Below are positions 25,838 through 38,465 of a stretch of 64,000 nucleotides of DNA, in pieces. The DNA is from Octopus sinensis (taxonomy: Eukaryota). The stretch lies in NCBI RefSeq assembly GCF_006345805.1, contig NC_043003.1, positions 94,984,001 to 95,048,000 on the forward strand. Reading direction: 5' to 3'. The number at the start of each line of letters is the position of its first letter. Position 1 is the stretch's first letter. The position numbers and the translations under genes were made by a program. The notes under the pieces were generated by a model. The model searched no databases. It saw only the letters and a program-made list of their open reading frames with translations, and had not been told where the DNA came from.

Positions 25838-27368
25838 ATCATCATCATCATTGTTTAATGTCCACTTTCCATGCTGGCATGGGTCGGACAGTTTGACTGG
25901 GGACTGGCAAGCCAGGCGGCTGTACCAGGTTCCAATCTGATCTGGCAATGTTTCTACAGCTGGATACCCTTCCTAACACCAACCACTCTGAGAGTGTAGT
26001 GGGCGCTTTTTACATGCCACTGGCATGGGAGCCTGTCAGACGGTACTGGCATCGGCCATATTTGGATGGTGCTTTATACATGCCACTGGTACAGGATCAA
26101 TTTGGGGCAGTGGGGCTGGCATCGACCATGTTCGGATGGTGCCTTTTACTCGCCACCAGCATGGGGAGCCAGACAGGCAACACTGGCAATGACCCATGTA
26201 TGAATGGTGCTTATTGCATGTCACCAGCACGGGAACCAGTCAGGCAACACTGGCATTGGGCACAATAACAATTTCTATTTGATTTGCTTTGATTTTGATT
26301 TACTTGACTCAATAGGTCTCCTTAAGCACGGCATGTCACCTGATGATCCGAAGGTCATTTTTAAGTGGGCTGGTTATGCGACACTGGTGCAGGCTGTGGC
26401 TGTGATCTCACTTTACTTGCCGGGTCTTCTCAATCACAGCATATCTCCAGAGGTCTCGGTCTTTCGTCATTGCCTCTGTGAGGCCCAATGTTCGAAGGTC
26501 GTGCTTCACCACCTCATTCCATGTCTTCCTGGGCCTCCCTCTTCCACAGGTTCCTTCCACTGTTAGGGAGTGGCACTTCTTCACACAGCTCTCCTCACCC
26601 ATATGCAGCACATGACCACACCTCATCTGATGCTTATGTCCAACATTTCTCTCAGGGCGCTTACACTCTGTTGTGTGTGCACACTGACATTACCCATCCA
26701 GTAGATCATACTAGCTTCATTTCTTTTGAGCTTAGGCATGTCTTCAGTAATCACTGCCCATGTTTCACTGCCATGTAGCATGGCAGTTTGTACACATGCA
26801 TCATACAATCTACCTTTCACTCTGAGCAAGAGGCCCTTTGTCACCAGTAGGGGTAGGAGCTTTCTGAACTTCGCCCAGGCTGTTCTTATTCTAGTGGCAA
26901 CAGTCTCCGAGCATCCACCCTTGCTGCAGACTTGGTCACCCAGATAGTGGAAGCTACCAACTACTTCTAGTGTCTCCCCCTGGCATGTGATGGAATCAGT
27001 TTTCTGAACATCTGCAGTGTTTACTGCCCCTGTGCATCTGTCACACACGAAAGCTCTTTTCCTGGTTAACCATCCTTTGATGTTGCTGCACCTCTTATGT
27101 GTCCATAGCTTACATTGTGTACATCTTACGGAGTTTCTAGCTATACCTTTTCTACAGGTCAAGCAGGGCCATCTACCTGGAGGGGTTTGTGATGTGTTCG
27201 CCTTCCTATTACTAGAACTTTGGATTTTGCAACATTGACTTTAAGGCACTTTGTTTCTAAACCTTACTTCCACAACTAAAATTTCTTATCAAGTTCTGGT
27301 AGTGATTCTGCTATGAGAGCAAGGTCATCAGCATAGAGGAGCTCTTAGGAGCAACCTGTCTTGAATTC
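25838..27368 (-). mobile_element. 5'-truncated RTE LINE, related to 30597-32978, with disabled ORF
   Basis: ELLYADDLALIAESLPEL, CTQCKLWTHKRCS, GRGRPRKTW...AVIEKTRQVK*; in-frame stops; 3' UTR and (GAT)n tail. Confidence 0.9.
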
Positions 27369-27379
27369 CAACATGTTAC

Positions 27380-28560
27380 CAACTATCTCTGTCATCACTA
27401 TCAGCTCCTCATCTGCTATTCTGTCATCACCAACACCACCTTAGTACGAGTCACTGTCATCACTGTCAATATCTCAATATGTATTTCTATCATTACTACC
27501 TGCTCCTGTAACCATCTGTCATCATCACAAACCCCTCCGTAAGCATCTTACCTTCTATCTCTGTCATCCCCACTAACATCTCACACCTACTAATCATTGT
27601 CATCACCACCATAGCCATCACCTCAGATATGTTTATCATAATCACCAACACCTCACCAGCTGTCGCTGTCATCATAACCACCATCTTACCAGATATCTCG
27701 GTCATCCCCATTAACATTTCACACCTACTATCATTGTCTTCACCATCACCTCGTAGTTATCACTGTTATCATCTTCATCATTCAGTAGATATGTCTATCA
27801 TGACCATCAATACCTCACCAGTATTCACTGTCATCACAACCACCATCTTACCAGATACCTGTCGTTCTCATTAATATCTCACTATTGTTGTCATCACCAC
27901 CGTCATCTTCACCTGATTAGTCGTCTCTCTCTCATCATCATCACCTCAGCAGGTATGTCTGTTATTCCCACCAACATCTCACCAGCTGTCACTGTCATCA
28001 CTAACATTTTACCGGCTTCTCTGTCATCACCATCAATTCTTCTGTAGCTGTCTGTCATCATCATCAACATCTCCCCAGCTCCCTCTGTCATCATGATCCT
28101 CAGCATTTCACCAGATGTCACTGTCATCACCAACAACATCTTACTGGTTTTCACTCTCTCTCTCTCTCTCCCTCTCTCTCTCTCTCGCTTCATCATCATC
28201 AATATCTTAGTAACTATTGGCTGTTGATAGCAACAGTGGATGGAGATTGTGGCAGTCTATATCTCATTAACTATCTCCGCCAACATCATTATTATAAGTA
28301 CAGTCATTATCATTTTCAAATTTGGTTTGATCACTTCTGCAATCATCGTCATCATTACCACCATCATCATAGCCATCAAGTTCAATGTCATTATTAATAC
28401 TCTAATGAGCATGGTAATTATCAACACTACCATATCTAACACCACCACCAACATCACTAATACCATCACCACTACCACCACTGCTATCAGTATTTTAACA
28501 ACATAAATTTATCACCTTAATGATGTCCGTAATTATCCCCATGGGCACCGCCATGATTGG
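27380..28560. repeat. Cryptic CAT/CAC-rich satellite
   Basis: About 27-bp CTGTCATCATCACCAACATCTCACCAG-like subunits; CATCTTACC anchors at 27544, 27682, 27844. Confidence 0.7.
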
Positions 28561-29193
28561 TTGTTATTACTACTGTAATAGACTATATTACAACCTCAAT
28601 CATTATCATGACTATTGTCATTGGCCCTAGTATTACTGTTGTCACCATAATGTGACAGTAAGTTGTCAATAATTTTCACTTTGATATATTGTTTACATTG
28701 CTTATTCCATCTTTTTGTTTTTATTCTCAAATAGGAATTAAAAAAAACAAAAACAAAATAGGCTTCAAGGCATGCCTCATTTCTTGCTGGGGACTTTAAT
28801 GACTTTGTGTCCAATTAAGATATCTAATTTTCAGTTATTATTATTCAGTAGTCTTATTTTTATTGCATGCTTTCACTGCACAACTAAGCACAGCTCTGTG
28901 TGCCTTGGATATGTGCTGTGGTTTGTTTTGGTGTTGTTTTCACGGTATTGAAAGTGTTTTACATATTATTATTATTATTATTAGTTTCAAATTCTGCCAA
29001 GATTGACTCTGTCTTTTAATCTTCTTGAGGTCGGTAAAATAAGTACCCGCTGGGTACTGGAGTCAATGTAATCAACTTATCCCCTCCACCAAAATTGCTT
29101 GCTCTGTGCCAGAATTTAAAACCATTATCAGTAGTAAAGGCAGCAAGCTGGCAGAATCATTAGCACACCAGACAAAATGCTTAACGGTATTTC

Positions 29194-29428
29194 ATAAGGT
29201 GGCGATCTGGCAGAGACGTTGGCACGCCGGGTGAAATGCTTAGCAGTATTTCGTCTGCCGTTACGTTCTGAGTTCAAATTCCGCCGAGGTCGACTTTGCC
29301 TTTCGTCCTTTCGTGGTCGATTAAATAAGTACCAGTTACGCACTGGGGTCGATATAATCAACTTAATCTGTTTGTCTGTCCTTGTTTGTCCCCTCTGTGT
29401 GTAGCCTCTTGTGAACAGTAAAGAAATA
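29194..29428 (+). mobile_element. SINE family B nested in an older family-B copy
   Basis: TSD GGTATTTC at 29186-29193 and 29429-29436; the host copy resumes after the insert. Confidence 0.8.
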
Positions 29429-30297
29429 GGTATTTCGTCTGTCTTTACATTCTTAGTTAAAATTCTGTTGAAGTTGACTTTGCCTTTCATCCTTTCAGGG
29501 GCTACAGAATAAGTTCCTGTCAAGTACTTTGGTCAATGTACTTAACTAACCCCCTTCACCATAATATCAGGCTTTGTGCCAAAATAAGAAAGGATTATAA
29601 TTGTTCTCATCATCATTACTAAGCTGTTGTGCTAGCAGAATCCTTACAGTGTAAGACAAAATGTCTGGCAGCATTTCCTTCTTCATCTAAAAAAAATTTT
29701 TAATCTTCGGATTTTTTTAAATATGCTAGGCCATTGGTTTTAATTGATTAAAATCAATTTCTTCCCTTATTTAATTGTATATATATAGAATGTGAAGGCC
29801 CATGGTTCAGCGGTTAGAGCATCAGGCTCCTAATCATGAAGTAATGAGTTTGATTCCTGAACCAGGCTGTGTTGTGTTCTTGAGCAAGTCACATATATCA
29901 TCACCATCATCTTCATCATCATTTAACGTCTGCTTTCCATGCTAGCATGGGTTGGATGATTTGACTGAGGTCTGGCGAACCAGACTCCACTGTGATCTGG
30001 CAGTCTCTACAGCTGGATTCCCTTCCTAACGCCAACCACTCTGAGAGTGTAGTGGGTGCTTTTACATGCCACTGGCATGGGGCCAGTTTGGTGGTACTGG
30101 CAACGGTCACGCCCAAATGGTGCTTTTTATGTACCATCTGCACAGGAGCCAGTCCAGCAGCACTGGCGACGACCTCACTCGAATGTTTCACGTTCCACCA
30201 GCACAAGTGCTAGTAAGGCGACGTGGTAACGATCATGCTCGAATGGTGTGTTTTAACGTACTATTGGCACGAAGGCCAGCTTGTTGCTCTGATATAT

Positions 30298-30596
30298 GTG
30301 GAGGCGCAATGGCCCAGTGGTTAGGGCAGCGGACTCGCCATCATAGGATTGCGGTTTTGATTCCCAGACTGGGCGTTGTGAGTGTTTATTGAGCGTAAAC
30401 ACCTAAAGCTCCACAAGGCCCCAGCAGGGGGTGGTGGCGATCCCTGCTGTACTCTTTCGCCACAACTTTCTCTCACTCTTTCTTCTGTTGGCCTGCTCGC
30501 TTAACCAGCAGGGTGGCGTCATTTGAAGGCTAAACAATGCGAAGCGCATTGTGGCCAGTGATTGTAGCAACATCTGATAGCCTGGTTGGTCACGAT
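30298..30596 (+). mobile_element. SINE family C
   Basis: GTGGAGGCGCAATGGCCCAGTGGTTAGGGCAGCGG head; tail ...CTGATAGCCTGGTTGGTCACGAT. Confidence 0.85.
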
Positions 30597-32978
30597 GCTA
30601 TGGGCCTGGAAAGCCTGGAAGGATGGGGGCAGCAGGGAACTGTACTAGATAGCCAAAAGGGAGGCTGGGCGGCAGGTATACATTGCCAAAGATGCAGCAG
30701 AAAAGAAGAAGTTTGCCAATGTCCAGCATCGCGAGGATCAAAGAGCTGAAGTATTTCGGATTGCCAGACAGTGTGTCAGAGAAAATAGCGATGTTATAGG
30801 AGAGAAATGTGTCCGCATGGATGATGGGGCACTTGCTTTTACTACTAGTGAAAAGAAAGAGGCTTGGAGAAGCCATTATGAAAGACTGCTGAATGAGGAG
30901 AATGAATGGGAGGAGGAGAGCCTGCCAAATGTTGACCCAGTAGAGGGACCAGCTACCCGAATAGACAGCTCCCTTGTAGATAAGGCAATTAAGGATATGA
31001 AACCAGGCAAAGCCCCTGGCCTATCAGGAATCACTGCTGAGATGCTTAAAACAGCTGGCTATGTGGGCTATACCATAGTCACCCGCATTGTAAACCAGGT
31101 AGTTCACAATGGAGTCATACCCAATGACTGGTGCAGCAGCACCATAGTCAACTGCTACAAGGGTAAGGGTGATGCTCTAGATAGAAATAACTACAGAGGT
31201 ATCAAACTGTTGGACCAGGTGATGAAGGTCTCAGAGAAGGTCATAACCAATCTCATTAGGGAGAGAATTTGTTTAGATGAAATGCAGTTCGGTTTTGTAC
31301 CATGTAGAAGCACCACTGATGCTATATTCCTGGTCCGACAACTGCAGGAGAAGTACCTAGCTAAAGATAAACCCCTCTACATAGCTTTTGTAGACTTGGA
31401 GAAAGCCTTTGACAGGGTTCCCCGTTCCCTTATCTGGTGGTCGATGCGGAAACTGGAGATTGAAGAATGGCTAATAAGGGCTGTACAGGCTCTATACAGA
31501 GAGGCTGTCAGCAAGGTTAGGATTGGCAACGAATATAGTGAAGAATTCCGGGTAGAAGTAGGTGTGCACCAGGGCTCAGCCCTCAGTCCCCTTTTATTCA
31601 TCATAGTCCTTCAGGCAATAACAGAGGAATTCAAAACGGGATGCCCCTGGGAGCTCCTCTATGCCGATGACCTAGCTCTCATAGCAGAATCACTACCGGA
31701 ACTAGAAGAGAAATTTCGGGTGTGGAAGCAAGGGTTGGAATCAAAGGGCCTTAGAATAAATGTAGCAAAGACCAAAGTATTAGTAAGCAGCAAGAGGTAC
31801 TCAGCACACACTCCCTCGGGTAGGTGGCCCTGCTCAACCTGTAGGAAAGGTACAGGTAGAAACTCCATAAGATGCACCCAATGTAAGTTATGGACACATA
31901 AGAGGTGCAGCAACATTAAAGGGAAATTAACAGATAAGATAGCTTTCATGTGCGGCAGATGCACAGGGACAATAGACACAACAGACACTCAGAAAACAGA
32001 TTCCATCACACTCCAGGGAGAGAAACTAGAAGTAGTTGATAGTTTCCGCTACCTGGGTGACCAAGTTAGTAGCGGAGGTGGATGCACAGAGAGTATCACC
32101 ACTAGAATACGAATAGCCTGGGCAAAGTTCAGAAAGCTCCTACCCCTACTGGCAACAAAAGGTCTCTCCCTCAGAGCGAAAGGTAGATTGTATGATGCAT
32201 GTGTGCGAACTGCCATGCTCCACGGTAATGAAACATGGGCTGTGACTGCAGAAGACATGCGTAGACTTGAAAGAAATGAAGCTAGCATGATCCGCTGGAT
32301 GTGTAGTGTCAGTGTGCGCGCAAGACAGAGTGTAAGCATCCTGAGAGAAATGCTGGATATAAGAAGCATCAGATGTGGTGTGCAAGAGCGACGCTTGCGA
32401 TGGTATGGTCATGTGCTGCGGATGGATGAAGAGAGATGTGTGAAGAAGTGCCACTCCCAAACAGTTGAAGGTATCAGGGGGAGAGGTAGACCCAGGAAGA
32501 CATGGGATGAGGTAGTCAAGCATGACCTCAGAGCATTGGGCCTCACTGAGGCAATGGCGAAGGACCGAGATCTCTGGAGATATGCTGTGACTACAAAGAC
32601 CCGGGCTGCTTTCTGCAGCAATTCCACTTACCCCCTACCCATTCTAAGTACCCCGGATCCCCAAAGTACCCTGGATCCCCAAAGTACCCCGATCCCCAAA
32701 GTACCCCGGACCTCGTTGCCCCCGTGCCGCTGACACGTTAAAAGCTCGAACCGATCGTGACCGATGCCGGACCTTCCGGCCCCTGTGCAGGTGGCACGTA
32801 AAAAGCACCCAATCCACTCACGGAGTGGTTGGCGTTAGGAAGGGCATCCAGCCGTAGAAACTCTGCCAGATTCAGACTGGAGCCTGGAGCGGCCCCTGGC
32901 TTCCCAGACCCGGTCGAACCGTCTAACCCGTGCTAGCGCGGAAAGCGGACGTTAAACGATGATGATGATGATGATGAT
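30597..32978 (+). mobile_element. Young 5'-truncated RTE-clade LINE
   Basis: Uninterrupted RT ORF, 3' UTR and (GAT)n tail; no endonuclease; one upstream in-frame TAG near 30648. Confidence 0.95.
30817..32733 (+). CDS. RTE reverse transcriptase ORF (638 aa; fragment of the element ORF)
   Basis: Motifs KAPG, KGKGD...NYRGIKLL, QFGF, FVDLEKAFDRV, GVHQGSALSP.LF, YADD, YLG, GRGRPRKTW. Confidence 0.9.
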   Translation: MDDGALAFTTSEKKEAWRSHYERLLNEENEWEEESLPNVDPVEGPATRIDSSLVDKAIKDMKPGKAPGLSGITAEMLKTAGYVGYTIVTRIVNQVVHNGVIPNDWCSSTIVNCYKGKGDALDRNNYRGIKLLDQVMKVSEKVITNLIRERICLDEMQFGFVPCRSTTDAIFLVRQLQEKYLAKDKPLYIAFVDLEKAFDRVPRSLIWWSMRKLEIEEWLIRAVQALYREAVSKVRIGNEYSEEFRVEVGVHQGSALSPLLFIIVLQAITEEFKTGCPWELLYADDLALIAESLPELEEKFRVWKQGLESKGLRINVAKTKVLVSSKRYSAHTPSGRWPCSTCRKGTGRNSIRCTQCKLWTHKRCSNIKGKLTDKIAFMCGRCTGTIDTTDTQKTDSITLQGEKLEVVDSFRYLGDQVSSGGGCTESITTRIRIAWAKFRKLLPLLATKGLSLRAKGRLYDACVRTAMLHGNETWAVTAEDMRRLERNEASMIRWMCSVSVRARQSVSILREMLDIRSIRCGVQERRLRWYGHVLRMDEERCVKKCHSQTVEGIRGRGRPRKTWDEVVKHDLRALGLTEAMAKDRDLWRYAVTTKTRAAFCSNSTYPLPILSTPDPQSTLDPQSTPIPKVPRTSLPPCR

Positions 32979-33437
32979 ATATATTTGTTCTGTTTTGTCT
33001 TGACATCACATGCTAATTGCAAACAAGTGTCATCATCATGCTAGTGGTACCATTCATTTCTAGATTTCCAAGAACATGACTAGCCTTAGAGGAATATGAC
33101 CTTGCTTGGAAGCAAGTGAAGGTTGATGACAGGAAAGGCATTCGATCATAGCAAATCAACCATCTGAGCCATGTTAACATTGTTTAAATAATAATGATGA
33201 TCATGAATACTCACTGCATTCTCACTTTCGGAATTATCTTCCATATAATTTTTATATGCACATGGTCCAACCCATGCCAGCTTGGAATGATGACAATAGC
33301 AGCAGCAGTGGTGGCTGCTGCTGTTGTTTTTGTATTCATTTTTGTTTGTTTAATTTTCATGTTTTTATTTTCTAAGACCTCCTCTGAAATTTTCCAGTTT
33401 TCTAACTTTGTAATTCTTTATTTTATTTTTGTCACAG

Positions 33438-33545
33438 CTCAGTCAGATTTTGGGCCACAGTGACCAGTTATATGTTCGGCTCCCTAGTGGATTGCGGGTT
33501 TGGCAATTTACCTTGGCTTTGGTGTTTACTGTGATTGCTGTGTGG
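33438..33545 (+). CDS. TP53I11: TP53I11/PIG11 homolog, internal exon (108 nt, phase 0-0)
   Basis: TTTTGTCACAG|...TGG|GTAAGT; LSQILGHSDQLYVRLPSGLRVWQFTLALVFTVIAVW aligns with recalled human [36 protein letters not shown]. Confidence 0.85.
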
Positions 33546-35788
33546 GTAAGTACTGATTTTTTATTTTTATCATTCTTAACAATTTAAAATTATTATTATT
33601 GCTGTGTCTCTACTATATATGTAAATTAACTTTGCCCATGGCAGAAAACAATACGCACTCATACACATGCTCTGGAGTATAGCACTCAGAATCTGAAATA
33701 ATCATAGAAGCTGAAGCGAGGAGGGCTGCACAGAAAACAAGAGTCTCACTGGCTACTGGCTTTGCTACTACATTCTCCTGTAAAAAACCCCTTCAATCAT
33801 GAAATACCGTGGGCTGGCACCTAGAAAGTTCCCCTCTGAAGTACAAGTCCGGTGAAGGTTGATTTTTATGGAAGGCCAGCAATTGCCCATGCATACCATC
33901 CTCTCTTCTCCACACCACCGATGTTGTCCTAGGGAAAGGCAAATGCCGACACAGCTTCACACCACTGACATCACAACTCCTTTCTACAGCTGAGTGAACT
34001 GGAACAATGTAAAAATGAGTGTCTTGCTCAAAAACACAACGCACAGCCTGAACCGGGAATCGAACTCACTATCTTATGATTGTGAGCCCAATGCTCTAAC
34101 CACTGAGCCAACTGTTGATTTTATACTAATATTGCTAATAAAGCCTTCTCAGGACCTACAAACTGTAAAGCCTCTAATCTGGTCATCTTCAGAGACCTGG
34201 AGGACAATTATTGTGTGTGTGTGTGTGTTTGTGTGCACACACATATATACATGTATGTATATACATGCTACATACATACTATACATTTATTTTATAAACA
34301 TTTATGTGTATCTTTCTATCTGTCTATATCAGAGAGAATGAATTAGGGAAAGGGGTTGAGACCAAGAAGTAGACAGAGCTGTCAAGGGAGAGAGAATGAG
34401 AAATAATGAAAACATAACATTCTTAAAGTTTTACTATTACATAGCTTTATAAACATGTCATTCAGTGAATTTGTTTTATTTTTTTTACAGAACTCAGTCT
34501 ATGTATATGCGTGCATTTGTTATGAATAACTTGTCTTTGTGTCTGAGTTGTATGCATGTGCTTGTTTGTATATGCGAAGTTCCACTCATTCTTTTCCTTT
34601 CCTTTTTTGTGAGAAATGGTTGATGTAATAATGAAGAGTATTCTTATATTTTGAGACTTCTCGCTGTCAGTTTCCCTTCAGATTTTTTCAGGCACAAAGG
34701 CTTTGACTAATTGTAGATAAGTTGTCATTTTATTGTGACAAAGTTTCGTTTAGTCCAAAAGCAAGAAACACACACACAAACAGAATTTTAGTATTTAAAT
34801 ATGTGGCTAGATGTGGTTTAGACCATGTGGCCTAGATTCAGTCCCATGGCATGTTGCCTCGGGCAAGTATCTTCTACTATAGTCTCTGGCCAACCAAAGC
34901 CTTGTGGGTGGATTTGGTAGATGGAAACTGAAAGAAGTCTATTGTATGTGCCCACGTGTGTGTGCGTTTGTGTGATACCCCTTGTCCTGATATAACATAA
35001 TGATTGTAAACAAGCATCGCTGTCATACAAGCAGTGTTCATTTCCACTCTTCTGTGCAAAACATTGTCTGGCCACGAGGAAGCTGGTGAGATTGGTTGGT
35101 TACAGGAAAGTCATTTGGCCATAGAAAAGCTACCTCAACTAATTCTTGATTTTATTAGCCTCTTTGCAGTACCATTTAACTTCATTTGTTTCTAGACCAT
35201 TAAAGAATCAGTTCAGATGTTCATCCTGTACCATAGCTTTTGGTCCAGCATGGTGATATGTTCTCTTTTCTACAAGTTTACCAGTTTGGCCTACTGTCAT
35301 TAATTTCAGAGCTGTGGATTTGAAACATTTTTTCTATGCTTTGTTTGAATAAAGGATGAAACCATTCCATATGTATATGTTAAGTTGCATATTTTCAACC
35401 TGCTGGCTATGGCCATACTGTATGCATGTATGTACGTGTTCATGTATTATTACTGACAACAGATATTATGGATGTAAACCAGAATTACTCAGAGGGAATA
35501 TGAAACTCTTTAATATATCATCATTATTATTATTGTTTTAACATCCACTTTGTCCACTTAGACAGAATTTGATGAGGTAGACTTTCCATGGCTGGATGGA
35601 TGCCCTTCTTGTCACCAACACTCATCCTTTTCCAAGTAAGGTAATATTTCCCCATGACCAGACATGCTTTTGAACATTTAGAAATGAAAGACACTACTTT
35701 CATGATGGTGACACGTTTTCAACTATCAGGTGATGTCAAGATAAGGAGACAGTAACACATGCATACATTTTCCATATATCATATACAT

Positions 35789-35829
<41 letters not shown>

Positions 35830-35846
35830 ATACATACACACACACA

Positions 35847-36707
35847 CAGGGTGCGGTGAATAAACTGTCATCTAAATTATGCAAAAATGAAAATAACACT
35901 GACATCTCATTTTAACAGATATGTTTACCAAAATTACATCAAAATATTTTGAAATATTATAAAGAGTGGATTTATTCAATAAGATTGCCATTGGCTTCAA
36001 CCACAGCTTTCAGGCGACTTCAGAGTCTCCTGCAATTCTTCTGGATGGTCTCCTTGTTTAAGTTGGTGAATGCTGTCATAATCCTTGCCTTCAGTTTGTC
36101 GTTGGTCTTACAATGAGTTTTGTTGGTCTCTCACTTAACTGTGCCCACACATAGTAATCATGTGGGTTGCAGTCTGCGGGGTTAGATGGCTGGATGTTAG
36201 GGGGTGATGTTGTTGCAGAAATTGTTTGACAGCCATAACTGAGTTTTCCTGCTTGTGTAGCTTGGTGAAGAGTCCTGTTGCCAGACATAGGGTCTTCCAG
36301 TAGCCACCCTCTTGACCCAGGGTAGCACTACCTCCTCTAGGCACTTGATGTAGGCCTCCACGTTGAGTCTGAGACTGTATGGGAAGATCAATCGAGGCAT
36401 AATGTCGTCATCACTAGTGATCACTTCAAACACCATAATATTGACTGGATGTTTGATTTTTAGCACTCTCAGTACATGTCCTCAGATTGGCACCCAAACA
36501 CTTTCAAATGGAACTTCTGATGCGAATGCCAAGCAGTACATGTTGTTTCCAAATCTCTGGCCAAGTGAAATGCATCATGATGCTGTTTTTCTCAGACTGT
36601 GCGTCACTGACTCTACTATACTGTGTAGTCAACAAAAACAAGAACAAAGAATGCTCATGCGCGAAATTAGAAATGTAAGATGGCGACAATTTACCCACCG
36701 CACCCTA
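35847..36707 (-). mobile_element. Internally deleted mariner-like (maT/DD37D-type) transposon
   Basis: TIRs CAGGGTGCGGTGAATAAACTGTCATCT / AGATGGCGACAATTTACCCACCGCACCCT; fragments KHPVNIMVF, WQQDSSPSYTSRKTQ, DCNPHDYYVW; family assignment is inference. Confidence 0.85.
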
Positions 36708-37398
36708 TATATATATATCACATACATCATATATATTTTTTTTTTTCTCATGCTAGCATGAAAAGTGGACATTAAACGATGATGATGATGATGATGAAAC
36801 TGTAATGATAATTTGGAAATTTGACTGATGGATAGAAGTCTTTGTTTTTTCTTGTCCGTCTTTATATCATCTATCTGTCCATATGTTTTTATTGCCATCT
36901 GTTATGTTCTTATTCCATTTTGGGGATATATATATATACGTTTATCATGTACATCACATCGTTTACATATGACAAGTTTCTTTCAGTTTTTATCTCTCAA
37001 ATCCACCCACAAGACTTTGGTTGGCCCATAGTAGAAGGCGCATGTCCAAGGTACCAGAGAGTAAAGAGTAAATTTTAACCACACAGCCATGCCTGTGCCT
37101 TAGCCATGCCTTAATATTAATTGACATTTATTTACTTGTTAAGCTTATCTCTACAGATTTTCTATAGAAATCATAGCCAGCATTGATTTGATACAATGAT
37201 TCATATTTGAATACGTCTAATGTATTAGACGCAGGAGTGGTTGTGTGGTAAGTAGCTTCCTTACCAACCACATGGTTCCAGGTTCAGTCGCATTGCATGG
37301 CACCTTGGGCAAGTGTCTTCTACTATAGCCTTGGGCTGACCAAAGCCTTGTGAGTGCATTTGGTTGACGGAAACTGAAAGAAGCCTGTCGTATATATA

Positions 37399-37448
<50 letters not shown>

Positions 37449-37881
37449 ATATATGTGTGTGTGTATGTGTTTGTCCCCCCAACATCGCTTGACAACCGAT
37501 GCTGGTGTGCTTACATCCCCGTCACTTAGCGGTTCAGCAAGAGAAACCGATAGAATAAGTACTAGGCTTACAAGGAATAGATTTGCTCGACTAAAAGCGG
37601 TGCTCCAGTATGGCCGCAGTCAAATGATGGGAAACAAATAAAAGAATAAGAGAAAAGAATGTAAACAACAATGCAATCAAAGATGGAAAAATAGATAATG
37701 GTTGTATATGCCTCATTTTAGGGGTTCTTGCTCCTTCGTCAGTACCACATCCAGCCCATTAACCATCCATGAATTTATTGCTTAAACTGCCATTAAATAT
37801 AGAGCAATATTAATTGGATATACCAATTTTACATATTTCTATAGAAAATCTGGAGAGATTTAATAGCCCTGCTAACACAGT

Positions 37882-38181
37882 TTGTTGTTGTTTGTTCCTT
37901 CTCGAGCCATGCCTGGCTCATAGGGCCAGTTTCCTTGGCGTATAGGTTCCCCACCTGGACAGAACGCCAGTCTGGCACAGGTGAGCTGCAAGATGCAGGA
38001 GGAAAGAGTGAGAGAAAGTTGTGACGAAAGAGTCAGCAAAAGTTCGCAATTACCTTCTGCCAGAGCCACGTGGAGCTTAGGTGTTTCATTCATAAACACA
38101 CTCATTGCCCAGTCTGAGATTCGAACCCGCGATCCCTCAACTGCGAGTCCGCTACTCTAACCACTAGGCCATGTGCCTCCA
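37882..38181 (-). mobile_element. SINE family C with 13-bp TSD
   Basis: CTGCTAACACAGT at 37869-37881 and 38182-38194. Confidence 0.9.
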
Positions 38182-38378
38182 CTGCTAACACAGTAGGACA
38201 CAGTATTTACTTTTAAAGTGTTTAATATACTTTGTAGTATATTATGGTTGCATAACAAAATATGGTGTCCTACAAGTCATTAATATGTAAAATCGGTATA
38301 TTGAATAATGTTATGCTTGTATATTTAATGGCTATTTAAGCAATGAATTTGTGGATGATTAATGGGTTGGATGTGGCC

Positions 38379-38416
38379 CTGATGAAGGAGCAAGAACTCC
38401 TGAAATATGCATATAC
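38379..38416 (+). ncRNA. Hammerhead-like motif (inverted decayed partner at 37699-37750)
   Basis: CTGATGA-AGGAG(CAAGAA)CTCCT-GAAA-TATGCATA; stem I mutated. Confidence 0.5.
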
Positions 38417-38465
38417 ACCATTACCTATTTTTCCATCTTCAATCACATTGTTTACATTCGATATA

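Noticed and set aside
30298-30370. tRNA-like sequences at SINE heads
   Set aside because: No closed acceptor stem; they continue into SINE bodies present in many copies
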